Assembly: GCA_965648935.1 (NCBI GenBank)
Contig: CBFGIY010000024.1
Span: 1-29,577, forward strand
Length of the DNA: 29,577 nt
Direction of reading: 5' to 3'
DNA from: a candidate division WOR-3 bacterium
GTDB lineage: Bacteria > Hydrothermota > Tepidihabitantia > Tepidihabitantales > Tepidihabitantaceae
Shown here: positions 17,829 to 27,900 of the stretch, one piece after another
How positions within the stretch are numbered: position 1 is the stretch's first letter
Layout: every line of letters starts with the position of its first letter
Program-made: the position numbers and the translations under genes
Notes under the pieces: model-generated
Databases searched by the model: none
Seen by the model: the letters and a program-made list of their open reading frames with translations, nothing else
Told to the model about the DNA's origin: nothing

Positions 17829-18686
17829 GTGCGCTCCCGCATCTGGTCTCAGGCTGGTCAGGTCGCCACCATTGTGGTCGGCTCTGCAGTGATGGCGCTT
17901 GCCTACAATCTCTTCCTTATTCCACATCAGATCGTGCCGGGCGGTGCTGGCGGCATCGCTATGATGCTGAACCACTTCTTCGGCACGCCTGTCGGCTTGG
18001 CCATAGTCATCATCAACATCCCGCTTTTCATCATCGGCATCCGGGTCCTGGGCAAGAGCTACGGTATCAAGTCGCTGCTCGGCATCGCGGTCTCCTCGGC
18101 GATGATCGACGGCGGGGCCTACCTGTTCCGCCTGCCTTCGCTGACGCACGAACCGATGCTTGCGTGCATCTTCGGCGGCATCATGCTCGGCGCCGGACTG
18201 GGCCTGGTGTTTCGCGGCGGCGGCTCGACCGGCGGGTCGGACATCGTCGGCCAGGTCATCAGCCGCTACAGCAATCTTTCGACCGGCAGCGCCATCCTGC
18301 TTGTCGACGCGGTCGTCATATCGGCCTCGGGCTTCGCGTTCGGCCGATTCGAAGCCGCGCTCTACGGCTATGTCAACCTCTACCTGACCTCGCGCGCCAT
18401 CGACCTCGTGCTCGAAGGCCTGAGCTACACCCGCGCGCTGTTCGTCATTTCCGAATCGGCCCCGGCCATCGCACGCGCCATCACCCTGCGCCTGAACCGG
18501 GGCGCGACCATCGTTCCCGCGACCGGCGCCTACTCGGGTGAAGCGCGCAACATGGTGTTCTGCGTGATGTCCAAGCGCGAGGTGGCGCGTGCCCGCGAAG
18601 TCGCCCGCGAAATCGACCCGCGCGCCTTCATCATCGTCACGGACGTCTACGAGGTCCACGGCGAAGGCTTCCGCCCGCGCACATGA
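17829..18686 (+). CDS. YitT family (UPF0750/DUF161) membrane protein
   Basis: PGGAGGIA, INIPLF, GGSTGGSDI, RGAT...GAYSG, IDPRAFIIVTDVYEVHGEGF. Confidence 0.9.
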   Translation: MRSRIWSQAGQVATIVVGSAVMALAYNLFLIPHQIVPGGAGGIAMMLNHFFGTPVGLAIVIINIPLFIIGIRVLGKSYGIKSLLGIAVSSAMIDGGAYLFRLPSLTHEPMLACIFGGIMLGAGLGLVFRGGGSTGGSDIVGQVISRYSNLSTGSAILLVDAVVISASGFAFGRFEAALYGYVNLYLTSRAIDLVLEGLSYTRALFVISESAPAIARAITLRLNRGATIVPATGAYSGEARNMVFCVMSKREVARAREVAREIDPRAFIIVTDVYEVHGEGFRPRT

Positions 18687-18728
18687 TGGTCGCCCAATCC
18701 GTCTCTGGCCGCGCCCGCCGCAACTGAC

Positions 18729-19520
18729 ATGCGCCCTTACCGCATCGGCTTCCTCCAGTTCCAGCCCGAGCATCGCAACCCTCAGCGCAACATCGAACGT
18801 ATCGGCCAAGCCCTGTCCTCGGCCGAGGCCGACCTCGTGGTCCTGCCCGAGCTGTGCATCTCCGGCTACATGTTCGCCTCGCGCGACGACCTCGCCCGGT
18901 ACGCCGAGCCCGTGCCCGGCGGCCCGTCCTGCCTGGCCATCGCACGCCTGAGCCGCGAACGCAACACGAGCATCGTCTTCGGCATCGCCGAAGCCGCCCC
19001 CAGCGGCATCTACAACTCGGCCGTGCTCGTCACGCCCGACGGCGCGGCCCGGGTCTACCGCAAGACCCACCTGTTCATGAATGAGAAGACGCTGTTTGAG
19101 CGCGGCACCGAGCGATTCGCCGCCCTGGACGTGCCCGGCGCGCGCGTCGGCCTGCTGGTCTGCTTCGACTATTTCTTTCCCGAACCGGCGCGCCTGCTCG
19201 CGCTCGACGGGGCGCTCGTCGTCTGTCACCCGGCCAACCTCGTGCTCGACTACGCCCAGTCGATGACCCTTACCCGCTCGGCTGAGAACCGGGTCTACTG
19301 GGTACTCGCCAACCGCACCGGCACGGAGAAACTCGGCGGCCGCGCGATGACCTTCACCGGCTCAAGCCAGATCGTCGACCCGACCGGCAAACTGCTGTAC
19401 CGTGCCAGGCCCGACACCGAGGACCTTGTTGTCGTCGAGGTCGATCTTGACCGCGCGGTCGACAAACGTGTCACGCCCTCAAACGACATCTTCCGCGACC
19501 GCCGCACCGACCTGTACTGA
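18729..19520 (+). CDS. Carbon-nitrogen hydrolase (nitrilase superfamily)
   Basis: Catalytic triad LPEL (E), YRKTHL (K), VCFD (C), plus RSAEN, ANRTG and RRTDLY. Confidence 0.92.
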   Translation: MRPYRIGFLQFQPEHRNPQRNIERIGQALSSAEADLVVLPELCISGYMFASRDDLARYAEPVPGGPSCLAIARLSRERNTSIVFGIAEAAPSGIYNSAVLVTPDGAARVYRKTHLFMNEKTLFERGTERFAALDVPGARVGLLVCFDYFFPEPARLLALDGALVVCHPANLVLDYAQSMTLTRSAENRVYWVLANRTGTEKLGGRAMTFTGSSQIVDPTGKLLYRARPDTEDLVVVEVDLDRAVDKRVTPSNDIFRDRRTDLY

Positions 19521-19560
19521 CACTTCCCCCGCCTCCGACACACCGCCAGCCGATCGACAG

Positions 19561-20355
19561 TCACAGGAGCGCGTCGACTCCGGGCACTCCGACAAGCCCG
19601 ATGCCGCCGCCCAGCCGGCCGTCGGTTGAACGGGCACGGCTGTCGGCGTGGGTCAGGCCGGCGACACCACGCAGGTAGAAGTCCACCACCAGCCCGCAGT
19701 AGCGCTCGTAGAAGTCATCGTCGAAGACCGCGGCCGGCGAGGCCATCAGCCGCGCCCCGGGCCGGCAGAGCCGACCGGGTGAACCGATGACCTGCTCGCG
19801 CACGAACCGGCTGCGGAAGTGGGCCGCGATGAGCGTCGTCAGGGCGCCGCGCACCGTGCTCATCACCACGGCATCCTCCGGGTCAAGTCCCATCCGGCGG
19901 TAGTGCGCGTTCATCGACTCACGCCGGTCCGCCACGTAGCTCAGGCGTAAGTCGTGAATCTCGGGAATGTCAAGCGCCAGTGAATTGAGCGCGACCATCA
20001 CCAGCGCGGTATGCTCACGACAGAAGCGCACGACGTTGCGTACTGCGCGGCGCGTCCGCGCCTCGACCGAATCTTCGTCCTCCCACAGCGGCCGCAGCGC
20101 TTCCTGGTACATCTCCTGGTAGCGCTCCAGGATGAGCTTGAGGACTGCCAGCTTGCCGCCATAGTAGTAGTCGATCATCGAGAGCTGCACGCCTGCAGCC
20201 CGGGCGAGTTCCCGCACCCCGACCCCGTTGTAGCCGCGGCGCGCGAAGAGGTAAACCGCGGCGTCGAAGATGCGGGTGCGGGCATCGGTTCGGCCATTGT
20301 CGGGCGATTCGGCCGACTGCGCGGCCGGCTCGTGTCGGTTCAGAGTGCGCGTCAT
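19561..20355 (-). CDS. TetR/AcrR family transcriptional regulator
   Basis: RIFDAAVYLFARRGYNGVGVRELARAAGV...IDYYYGGK helix-turn-helix. ATGA overlap with the upstream VOC gene. Confidence 0.88.
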   Translation of the reverse strand: MTRTLNRHEPAAQSAESPDNGRTDARTRIFDAAVYLFARRGYNGVGVRELARAAGVQLSMIDYYYGGKLAVLKLILERYQEMYQEALRPLWEDEDSVEARTRRAVRNVVRFCREHTALVMVALNSLALDIPEIHDLRLSYVADRRESMNAHYRRMGLDPEDAVVMSTVRGALTTLIAAHFRSRFVREQVIGSPGRLCRPGARLMASPAAVFDDDFYERYCGLVVDFYLRGVAGLTHADSRARSTDGRLGGGIGLVGVPGVDALL

Positions 20356-20729
20356 TGCCCGCCTCCCTGTCGTTGCTGGACCATCGCGAACGTGACGCCC
20401 GACGGCTCGTTGAACAAGCAGACCAGAGAGCCCGGCGAAAACTCCTCGGGCTCGAGCACGATGTGGCCGCCGTGCTCCACGACGCGGTCGCGCATCGCCT
20501 TGATGTCGCTGACCCGGATGTGGACCGCGACGAACGGCAGCTTCGCCTGCTTGAGCGTGAACAGGTAACCCCTGCCCGGGTTGCCCTCGGTCGGCGGGTT
20601 GACCCGCCAGAACCCGAGGCCCTCGTCGAACACCACCTCCCAGCCGAACACCTCGCGGAAGAACTGCGCCGAACGCTTCCCGTCGTGTGATGCCAGCTCC
20701 CAGAACACCACTGCATTGTCATCCATCAC
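20352..20729 (-). CDS. VOC (glyoxalase/bleomycin-resistance) family protein
   Basis: VVFWEL...FFREVFGW...VSDI...GG...FNEPSG pattern, GGGAGG RBS. Confidence 0.85.
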   Translation of the reverse strand: MMDDNAVVFWELASHDGKRSAQFFREVFGWEVVFDEGLGFWRVNPPTEGNPGRGYLFTLKQAKLPFVAVHIRVSDIKAMRDRVVEHGGHIVLEPEEFSPGSLVCLFNEPSGVTFAMVQQRQGGGQ

Positions 20730-20765
20730 GGCTTCCTCCCGGTTTCAGTCCCGTGACGCATAGCG

Positions 20766-22910
20766 CTAGAAGTGGAACAGGTAGCGGAGCTTCACCGCCG
20801 CGACCCGCGAGCCGAACTCCAGCCCCCGCGTCTGCGGGTCCCGTTCCACGCTCAGGTCGTTGAGCGCGACGAACAGCCAGCTCTTGGGCCGGAAGTTCCA
20901 TGAGAACAGGAACCCCACGCGGTTCTGCACCACGTCGGTCGAGTCGAACCGCGTGCCCGGCGTCGCCAGAACCAGTTCATCGTAGACGTTGAAGTTGAAC
21001 TCGTCATTGAAACGGAAGTCCAGCCGCGGCCGGGCGATGGTCGTCACCGCAACGATGTCGCCCGCCGTGTCCGCCTCCCAGTGGGAGTTGAGTCCGGCCA
21101 TCACGGCGACCCTGCCGAACAGGTAGTAGGTGAAGTTGAACCACTCGGAGTAGTTCGGCGCGACATAGCCGCGCGCGTAATTGAACCCGCGGCTGGCGCT
21201 GCCCCCGCAGTCCAGGCTCCACATCACGCTTGGCGCGCCGTGGACCGAGAAGTAGCCGTTCGCCTGTGTGTACTCGAGGTCACGGTTCGGATTCACCTGC
21301 GGCACATTTTCGCTTGCCCGGCCGATGCTCGCCCCGGCGTCGATGTTCCAGCGGCTGCGCAGAGTCGGGTTGGCGTAGATGCCGGCGTTCCACGAGAGGT
21401 CGCGGCTGCCCGGCTCGCGCGACACGTTGACCTGGGGCAGCACCATCAGCCGGCGTATCGGCCCGGTGCGCGGCGTCAGGTATGGTCCTGCCTGAATGCC
21501 CAACTCGGTGCGGCCGGCCCACGGCATGTACCCGACCTCCGAAACGTCAAACGAGTCGCTGCTCGTCTGAAACCTCATCGTCGCGACGGTGTTGCGCGCC
21601 ATCATCCCGCCCCAGCCACTGTTCAGGGCCCAGCCATAGCGGCCGTCCCGGTTGCTCAGCGCGGCCTGGGCCACGGCTCGGTTCGGCCCGCGGCTGAGAG
21701 TCCAATCCGTGCCCAGCGCGTAGTTGTAGTCGCCGGGCCCGTCCTGCATCCCGGCGAAGAGCAAGCCGAGGTTCGCACCGTTGCCCAGGCCGGCATTGCC
21801 TTTGAGCGTGGCGAACGCCCGGCGCGGCTCGATGACGCCCTCAAACTTGTCCTCGACCCCGTCGGTGTACGCGCCCAGGCCGCCGAAGCTCCAGCCGTTG
21901 CCGCGCGACGTCAACTTCAAGCCCCCGAGTATCGGCACCGGCTCGCCGCGTACCGGCCGGCCGATGCGCCGGGAGTAGAATATGTTCAAAGGCGAGAAGT
22001 TGCCGAAGCCCAGCCCCGACATCCGGAAGAGCTCGCTGCCCTCGACAAAGAAGGGCCGCCGCTCACCGAAGTAGGTCGGGTAACGCGAAATGTTGAATGA
22101 GTACGGGTCCGACTCGATCTGGGCGAAGTCGGGCAGCACCGTCGCGTTCAAGGTGGTCTGCGGGGTCAGGTCCCACTTGAAGTTCAGGCTGGCAAAAGGC
22201 TTGACCCGGCCGCTGTCCTCGGTCACCCAGTCGTAGCGCACGTAACCTTCGGGGTAGAGTTCGAAATAGTAGCCCTGCGCCTTCGGGGTGATGCCCCGCA
22301 GTCGGCCGAACTTCGAGACGGTCAGCCCGCCCTCCTGCTCCCGCGCCTCGACCCACTGGTACTCCTCGCGCATCGAGACGTAGGCGCGGTGGAAGTTGAT
22401 GCCCCACTCGGTCGCGTCCTTCTTGTAGCGAATGGACTTGAACGGGATGCGCATCTCGGCCTCGAGCACGCTGTCGGACAGCGACGTCGCGCCGAACCAC
22501 ACGCCTTCCCACGACCAGTCCCAGCTCCGGCCGTCGTCTAGCACCATCCCGCTGCGCAGCAGCCCGCTGGCATACAGCTTGAAGAAGTAACCGGTGTGGC
22601 GCGTGTCCATCGGGTCGAGGAACAGCGTCACCTCGTCTTCGAGCCCGTAGAGCTGGGCCACGGGCCGGTGCCGCGTCGAGTAACAGCGGAACGCGACATA
22701 GAGGTTCTGCGCGTCCTGCATCACATAGACCACGGTTCGATCACCCGGCTCCGCGCCCTCGACCGGCTCGACCTGGAAGAAGTCGTCAACCGAATCGCCC
22801 TTCTGCCAGAGCGGTTCGATGCGTCCGTCAATGCGCGGCGCTTCGGCCAACGTCCGGATTGTCACTGCCTTGTCGGCCGCCACCAGCGCCAGTATCAGCA
22901 ACAGGTTCAT
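20766..22910 (-). CDS. CBM9-like / DUF5916-like outer-membrane protein
   Basis: Signal peptide, PRIDG...W, AEMRIPFKSIRY...WGINF, LPDFAQIESD, ERRPFFVEG, FYSRRIG. C-terminal LRYLFHF resembles a beta-barrel signal. GGAGGG RBS before ATG 22910. Confidence 0.8.
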   Translation of the reverse strand: MNLLLILALVAADKAVTIRTLAEAPRIDGRIEPLWQKGDSVDDFFQVEPVEGAEPGDRTVVYVMQDAQNLYVAFRCYSTRHRPVAQLYGLEDEVTLFLDPMDTRHTGYFFKLYASGLLRSGMVLDDGRSWDWSWEGVWFGATSLSDSVLEAEMRIPFKSIRYKKDATEWGINFHRAYVSMREEYQWVEAREQEGGLTVSKFGRLRGITPKAQGYYFELYPEGYVRYDWVTEDSGRVKPFASLNFKWDLTPQTTLNATVLPDFAQIESDPYSFNISRYPTYFGERRPFFVEGSELFRMSGLGFGNFSPLNIFYSRRIGRPVRGEPVPILGGLKLTSRGNGWSFGGLGAYTDGVEDKFEGVIEPRRAFATLKGNAGLGNGANLGLLFAGMQDGPGDYNYALGTDWTLSRGPNRAVAQAALSNRDGRYGWALNSGWGGMMARNTVATMRFQTSSDSFDVSEVGYMPWAGRTELGIQAGPYLTPRTGPIRRLMVLPQVNVSREPGSRDLSWNAGIYANPTLRSRWNIDAGASIGRASENVPQVNPNRDLEYTQANGYFSVHGAPSVMWSLDCGGSASRGFNYARGYVAPNYSEWFNFTYYLFGRVAVMAGLNSHWEADTAGDIVAVTTIARPRLDFRFNDEFNFNVYDELVLATPGTRFDSTDVVQNRVGFLFSWNFRPKSWLFVALNDLSVERDPQTRGLEFGSRVAAVKLRYLFHF

Positions 22911-22976
22911 CTGCCCTCCAATGCGTGCCACCCATAAGGCCCGGCGCACCGGCTCAACGTCGCCACTCGCGGTTGG

Positions 22977-23240
22977 TCAGTTGGCGAGCACGCTGCCCGG
23001 CACGCCGGCGCTAACGCCCACGTACGCGCTGCGCGACGCGACCGACTCGACCTCGGGCATCAGGTTCGCTGGCCGCTCTGCCGTCACCCTGACCTCGGGC
23101 ACGTCGCCCTGCGCCAGCTCACTGCTTTCAACGTCACCCGGCTCGCTGCCACCAAACACGCGCCCGGCCTTCGAGCAGCCCGACAAGGCCGCCCCGGCCA
23201 ACAGCGCGGTGAGCACCATCAATCCCGCTATCCTGGACAT
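22977..23240 (-). CDS. Small lipoprotein (87 aa)
   Basis: AGGAGG RBS, MSRIAGLMVLTALLAGAALSGC lipobox, two similar motifs VPEVRVTAERP / MPEVESVASR. Confidence 0.7.
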   Translation of the reverse strand: MSRIAGLMVLTALLAGAALSGCSKAGRVFGGSEPGDVESSELAQGDVPEVRVTAERPANLMPEVESVASRSAYVGVSAGVPGSVLAN

Positions 23241-23357
23241 CTTGTCCTCCTTGCAGACAAACGGTCCCTCCGACCTTCTTCCTGCCTGCGCGGCCACTCC
23301 GCCGGCCACGGCCTGCCCGACAGACAGCCTCTTGCCATCAGCAGTCGAGAACCTCGA

Positions 23358-23530
23358 TTCAAACGCCTGATTCGCATCCATCGCCAGTATGATAGCGTCG
23401 CGGCAAGACCCAGTCAACAAAAATAATCAATCGTTTGACTGTAGGTAAGTTATTTGCTGTTATATGCTTATGCAGACCATCTGCCGCAACTAGACTGGCG
23501 ATTAACATAGGGGTCTAAACAAACGATTGA
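23358..23530 (-). promoter_or_regulatory. sigma70 promoter with three pseudo-palindromic operator-like sites
   Basis: TTGACT(23417-23412)-N17-TATCAT(23394-23389). Sites: TCAAACGCCTGA 23359-23370, TCAATCGTTTGA 23427-23438, ACAAACGATTGA 23519-23530. Confidence 0.6.
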
Positions 23531-23629
23531 CCTACAGGCTCTACGACACGACATCGGACTGCCGTCCTGTCGGTGGGTGCGTCCGGGTCTGGTCTGTCGT
23601 GCCGGGCGCTGACTGCGCCCGGCTGCAGC

Positions 23630-24838
23630 CTACTGCTTCGGGTCGTGAATCACGCCAAGGAACAGCAGCGCGCCGGTCCCGTCATCGCGGATAGCGCAGA
23701 GAAACGGCCGGTCGGCCTTGACGGTGAAACGCTCCAGCGGTTCGGGCATCATCGCCGTCATCGCCACCCTGGTCGACGTCACGGCCGCGGCCTCGGTTCC
23801 CTCCTCGTTCACCTCGACGAACGTCTTGTGCTTCACCTCGCTGATGAACAGCCGCGTCGGAGGCTTCACCATCGCGCGGAAGTCAGCGGACTGCGGGTTG
23901 AACGCATCGGCCATCCCCAGCCGCCCGAGGCTGCGATTCAGGTTCGCCTCGTAATCGAACTTGAACCGCGGCATCGTCAGCTCGCCGGACATTTCGACGA
24001 AACCCGCAGTCCAATTCTGCCAGTTTCCGGGCGTGAACTCATCGAGCAGCGCCGCGATGCCGTCGCGCTCGCGCGGCACGAACAGGTACATCTTCATCCG
24101 GCCGCTGCCGTAAGGCAGCCGCACCGCCTGGAAAAGCTTGTGCCCGAGGTAGTCCATCCGGTCACTGCGCATCATCATCATCCGCCGCGCCGAATCGCCC
24201 CGCGCGAAGTGGAACCATTCCTCGTGGCTCATCCGCTTCTCGAACGGCTCCGACCACTGGCCCTTGAAGTACACCGCGTTGACGAGAAACAGCACGTCGG
24301 CCGGGTCGATGTTCGAGACGATTTCGGGTATCAGCCCGCGCGTCTGCTGCTTCACCCAGCCGTTTATCTTCCCGACCGCGTCCCGGCGCGCAAAGTCCAG
24401 CACCGCCACCTGCGCCGCGTAGTGCGCCTTGTTCGCATCGAGAAAGGCCTTCTCGAACTTCACGCCCCGCCGCGCCCAGGCCGAGTTCGCGATGCTCAGC
24501 GTGACCGACTTGTCAGCGCCGGTCAGCTCGCGCATCTGCGCGCCGACCGCGCGGTTCGCCGCGTCGCGCGAAAGCTCGCCGAGATCCAGGGCCCGGGCCA
24601 TCCCGGCCTCGGTCTGCCCAGCCGCGCCGACCCGCGCCATCGACAGGCAGGTCATCACGCTCAAAGGGGAAATGAACACGTTGGCGCCCGGCTTCTCGGC
24701 AACCAGCTCGTGCAGCAGCTTCAGACCGAAACGTTCCTGCGCCGCGCCCAGCGCGGCCTTCTCGTACGCGGCCGGCTGCGACCCGGCCAGCGGCAGAACG
24801 GCCAGAACCAGCAGAAGACAAACTCGCATCGCTCTCAC
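23630..24838 (-). CDS. Secreted serpin (serine protease inhibitor)
   Basis: Signal peptide, NVFISPLS, INGWV...TRGLI, NAVYFKGQW, MPRF, hinge EEGTEAAAVT, ADRPF, LFLG. GGAGG 5 nt before GTG 24838 (alternative ATG 24829). Confidence 0.95.
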   Translation of the reverse strand: MRAMRVCLLLVLAVLPLAGSQPAAYEKAALGAAQERFGLKLLHELVAEKPGANVFISPLSVMTCLSMARVGAAGQTEAGMARALDLGELSRDAANRAVGAQMRELTGADKSVTLSIANSAWARRGVKFEKAFLDANKAHYAAQVAVLDFARRDAVGKINGWVKQQTRGLIPEIVSNIDPADVLFLVNAVYFKGQWSEPFEKRMSHEEWFHFARGDSARRMMMMRSDRMDYLGHKLFQAVRLPYGSGRMKMYLFVPRERDGIAALLDEFTPGNWQNWTAGFVEMSGELTMPRFKFDYEANLNRSLGRLGMADAFNPQSADFRAMVKPPTRLFISEVKHKTFVEVNEEGTEAAAVTSTRVAMTAMMPEPLERFTVKADRPFLCAIRDDGTGALLFLGVIHDPKQ

Positions 24839-24935
24839 TCTTTCCTCCAGTCTATGACGGGCGCTGTCAGCGCCGTCTCTGACCAATCTACCCGTTTCGG
24901 GCCGGCCAGATTCCACCCGTCCACTACCGACCGGC

Positions 24936-27900
24936 TCACCGGGGCTCTGACCTCTGAGCGGTCAGCCGCAGCACCTGTTCCAGCCGGCCTTTGAGCATCG
25001 TGTTGCCCGGGAACGCAACCAGCGCCTTCTCACTCTCAGCCTTGGCTTCGGCCAGCCTGTCGGACTGGATGAGTACCTCGATGAGCGTATCCCAGGTGTT
25101 GGCATCGGCCGACAACTCGACTGCTCTTGTTGCGTATTGCAGCCCGAGCGCCACGTTGCGCGCGGGCGACCCTGCCGGCGCCGTCACCATCGTCCACGCC
25201 AACCCGTTCAGCTTGCCCGCAAACTCCCGCCGCGCCCGCGGATGATTCGGGTACACAGCGAGGAACTCCTCGTACAGCCGCACCTGCGCCGAGTCGGGCT
25301 TGTCGCGCAGCGCGTTGTTCAGCTTCAAGTAGGCCCGGTACGCGGCCGCGTTGGCGAGGATGTCGATGCTGTCGCCTCGCCGCGCCAGCGCACGCTCCCA
25401 GTTCGCCTGCACGTATCGCTCGGCCTCGGGCAGGTCGAACCCGGCGAACGCGGCAATGGTGTTGGGCACGTTGCGGTCATAGTTCTCAAACGCGTCGATG
25501 GACGGGAAATGCAGTGAAGCAACCAGCAGGTCGAGCCCGTCCTTCTGACCCAACAGGCACAGCGACCTGCCGCAGGCCCGCCGCAGGTAGACGTCGTAGG
25601 TCCGCGCCGCCTCGCGCAACGGCTCGACCGCGCGCTCATCACCCAACTCGCCCAGCGCGGCCGCGGCCGCACACTTCACGGACGAGGTCTTGTCCTCGGT
25701 CAGCGCCCAGCGCAGCAGCGGGAAGACGTCGACGCTGTCGCGCACGCTGCCCGCATACCCGACCGCGACCCGGCGCACGTCCTCAGACTCGTCCTCGGTC
25801 GCCAGCCTCCGCGCGACCGCCAGCCCGGCTTGAGACTCCAGCCGCGCCAGCGCCCGCAGGGCAAACCGACGCACCTGCACGCTGGTGTCGGTCGCGGACG
25901 TGTTGACCAGCGCACTCTCGGCGCCGCGCATGCCCCACAGCCCGAAGTCGTCGGCGATGGTCAGCCGCGTCTCCGCATCCGGTGCCTTGAGCAGCTTGAG
26001 CAGCTCGGGCAGCTCGGCATCGCCGAGCTTGCCCGCGATGAACCAATGATGGATGCACTCGAGCATATCCCGGCTCCGCGTGCCTCGCGCCCAAGCCACG
26101 ACTCTCGGCAGCATCGAAGTGCCGGTATCGACAATCATCCCTATCGACCTGAACCGCGAGAGCAGGTCCACATCAGACCCTAACCAATAGCGGAGCCAGT
26201 GACTCCGGTGTCCGAGGGTGTCCCGGAATGGCACCGCCTCGGGCCAGTCGTACGGCTCGACCTTGCCGACAACGTCGCCGCCAGCCCATTCCATATCAAG
26301 GTGAATGCCGTGCCCGAAGCTGTGCGTCTCGCGGTTGTTCGCGCGATTGCGCACCGCGTACTCGTCGGCTCCGCCGAGGTCCAGGCTGATGGCATAGGGC
26401 CACAGGTGCGGGTCCGACTCGGGCCACACCCCGCCAAAGCTGTGCCAGTCGTTGAACAGCACCGCGTCCTTGGGCCGGTCGCAGAAGTACCGGTCGTTGC
26501 CCTTGTAGTCGATGAACAGAGAATACGAGAACGGCTTGCAGCCCGTGCCATACGACGACGTGCTCGACCTGTAGACATCATCACCCTCGTAGTCGATGAA
26601 CATCCCGGTCGACCGGTCGCCGCCCGACCCGCCCGACCGGAACCCGCCTTCGTAGGTATCGTTGCCCTTGCGGTCGACCAGGATGGCGCTGGTGATGTGA
26701 ATCCCGCTGCCCTGCCCCGTGCCGCAGACGTAATGGTCGTCGCCCGCGTTGTCGACCAGCGCCCCGAGCGACATTATGTACGACCCGCCCTGCGAGCACC
26801 AGCCCTTTGATTCGTAGCTGTCGTTGCCCCCATCGTCCACCAGCAGACCGACACCGCCGTAGGCGGTCAGCTTCTTCTCCCACGGGTACGCCCGGAAAGA
26901 CAGCGCCCCGCCCTGCCCGTACCCGGGAATCCCGCCCAGCGCGTCCTTGGTCGTGTCGCACGCCAGCCGGTACTTGTCGTCGCCCCCAAGGTCGGAAAGC
27001 ACACCCACGCCCAGCGTAGTCGCCGACCCCTGCCCCATCGTCACGCAGTCGTACACGTCGTTGCCCGAGTCGTCGAGCATCATCCCAAGCCCGAACATCC
27101 CCGCGCCCTGGCAGAATGCGTGCGCGCTGTACCGGTCGTTGCCCGCCCGGTCCCAGAGCAGGCCGACGCCCAGTATTCCCGCGCCCTGCGCCAAATGCTT
27201 CGCCTCGTACACGTCGTTCCCGGCAAGGTCGATGAGCATCCCGACGCCGAGGAACCCGAACCCCTGACCGTAGCTCGAATCCGGCGTGGTGTAGCGGTCG
27301 TCGCCTGAGTGGTCGATGCAGACGGCCGTGCCCATCGTTCTGGTGCAGCCACCCGCGTTGTTGGTGTAGGTGTCGTTGCCGCCCAGGTCGATGAGCAGTG
27401 CGGCATCACGCCGGTGGTTGTCGTTGCCGAACCCGGCAATCACCACCGGCCCGATGGGCGAGTCGAAGGTCACGACATCGTGCATTGCCCCGGTGTCGGA
27501 GTAGAAGTCTGCCGCCTGCCACCCCCTTGTGCGACTCAAGTAGTAGTTGATTGCGGACGCGGTCCACATCGCGGCGTAGTGAAAGTTGCCGAGCCAGACG
27601 CGCCGGGCCCGGTCGATGAACTCAAGCTGGGCATCGGTATTCCCGGTGAGTTCGGCCATCCGCTTGCCGTCGGGAACAAGATACCTGCCGGGATTCGCGA
27701 AGAAGTACACCGTATCGTTGCCGGCTACGCGTCGGGCCGAGTCCACTTCCGGGCCCGCGCCATACGCCAGTTCCGACGCCAGCGCCTCCAGGACTCGCCG
27801 GTACTTCTCTGTGAACTGACCCAGAGAGTCCCCGAGAGGGCGGCGAATCACTGGGAAGGCATCGAAGAAGCCTCCGATGGTTGGCACATCCACGATGATG

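Noticed and set aside
23241..23420. 147-aa version of the small lipoprotein, or a riboswitch in its ~140-nt leader
   Set aside because: The RBS and lipoprotein signal start at 23240. An in-frame leaderless ATG at 23381 is possible but would bury the signal peptide. No riboswitch consensus was recognised by eye; an Rfam scan was not run.
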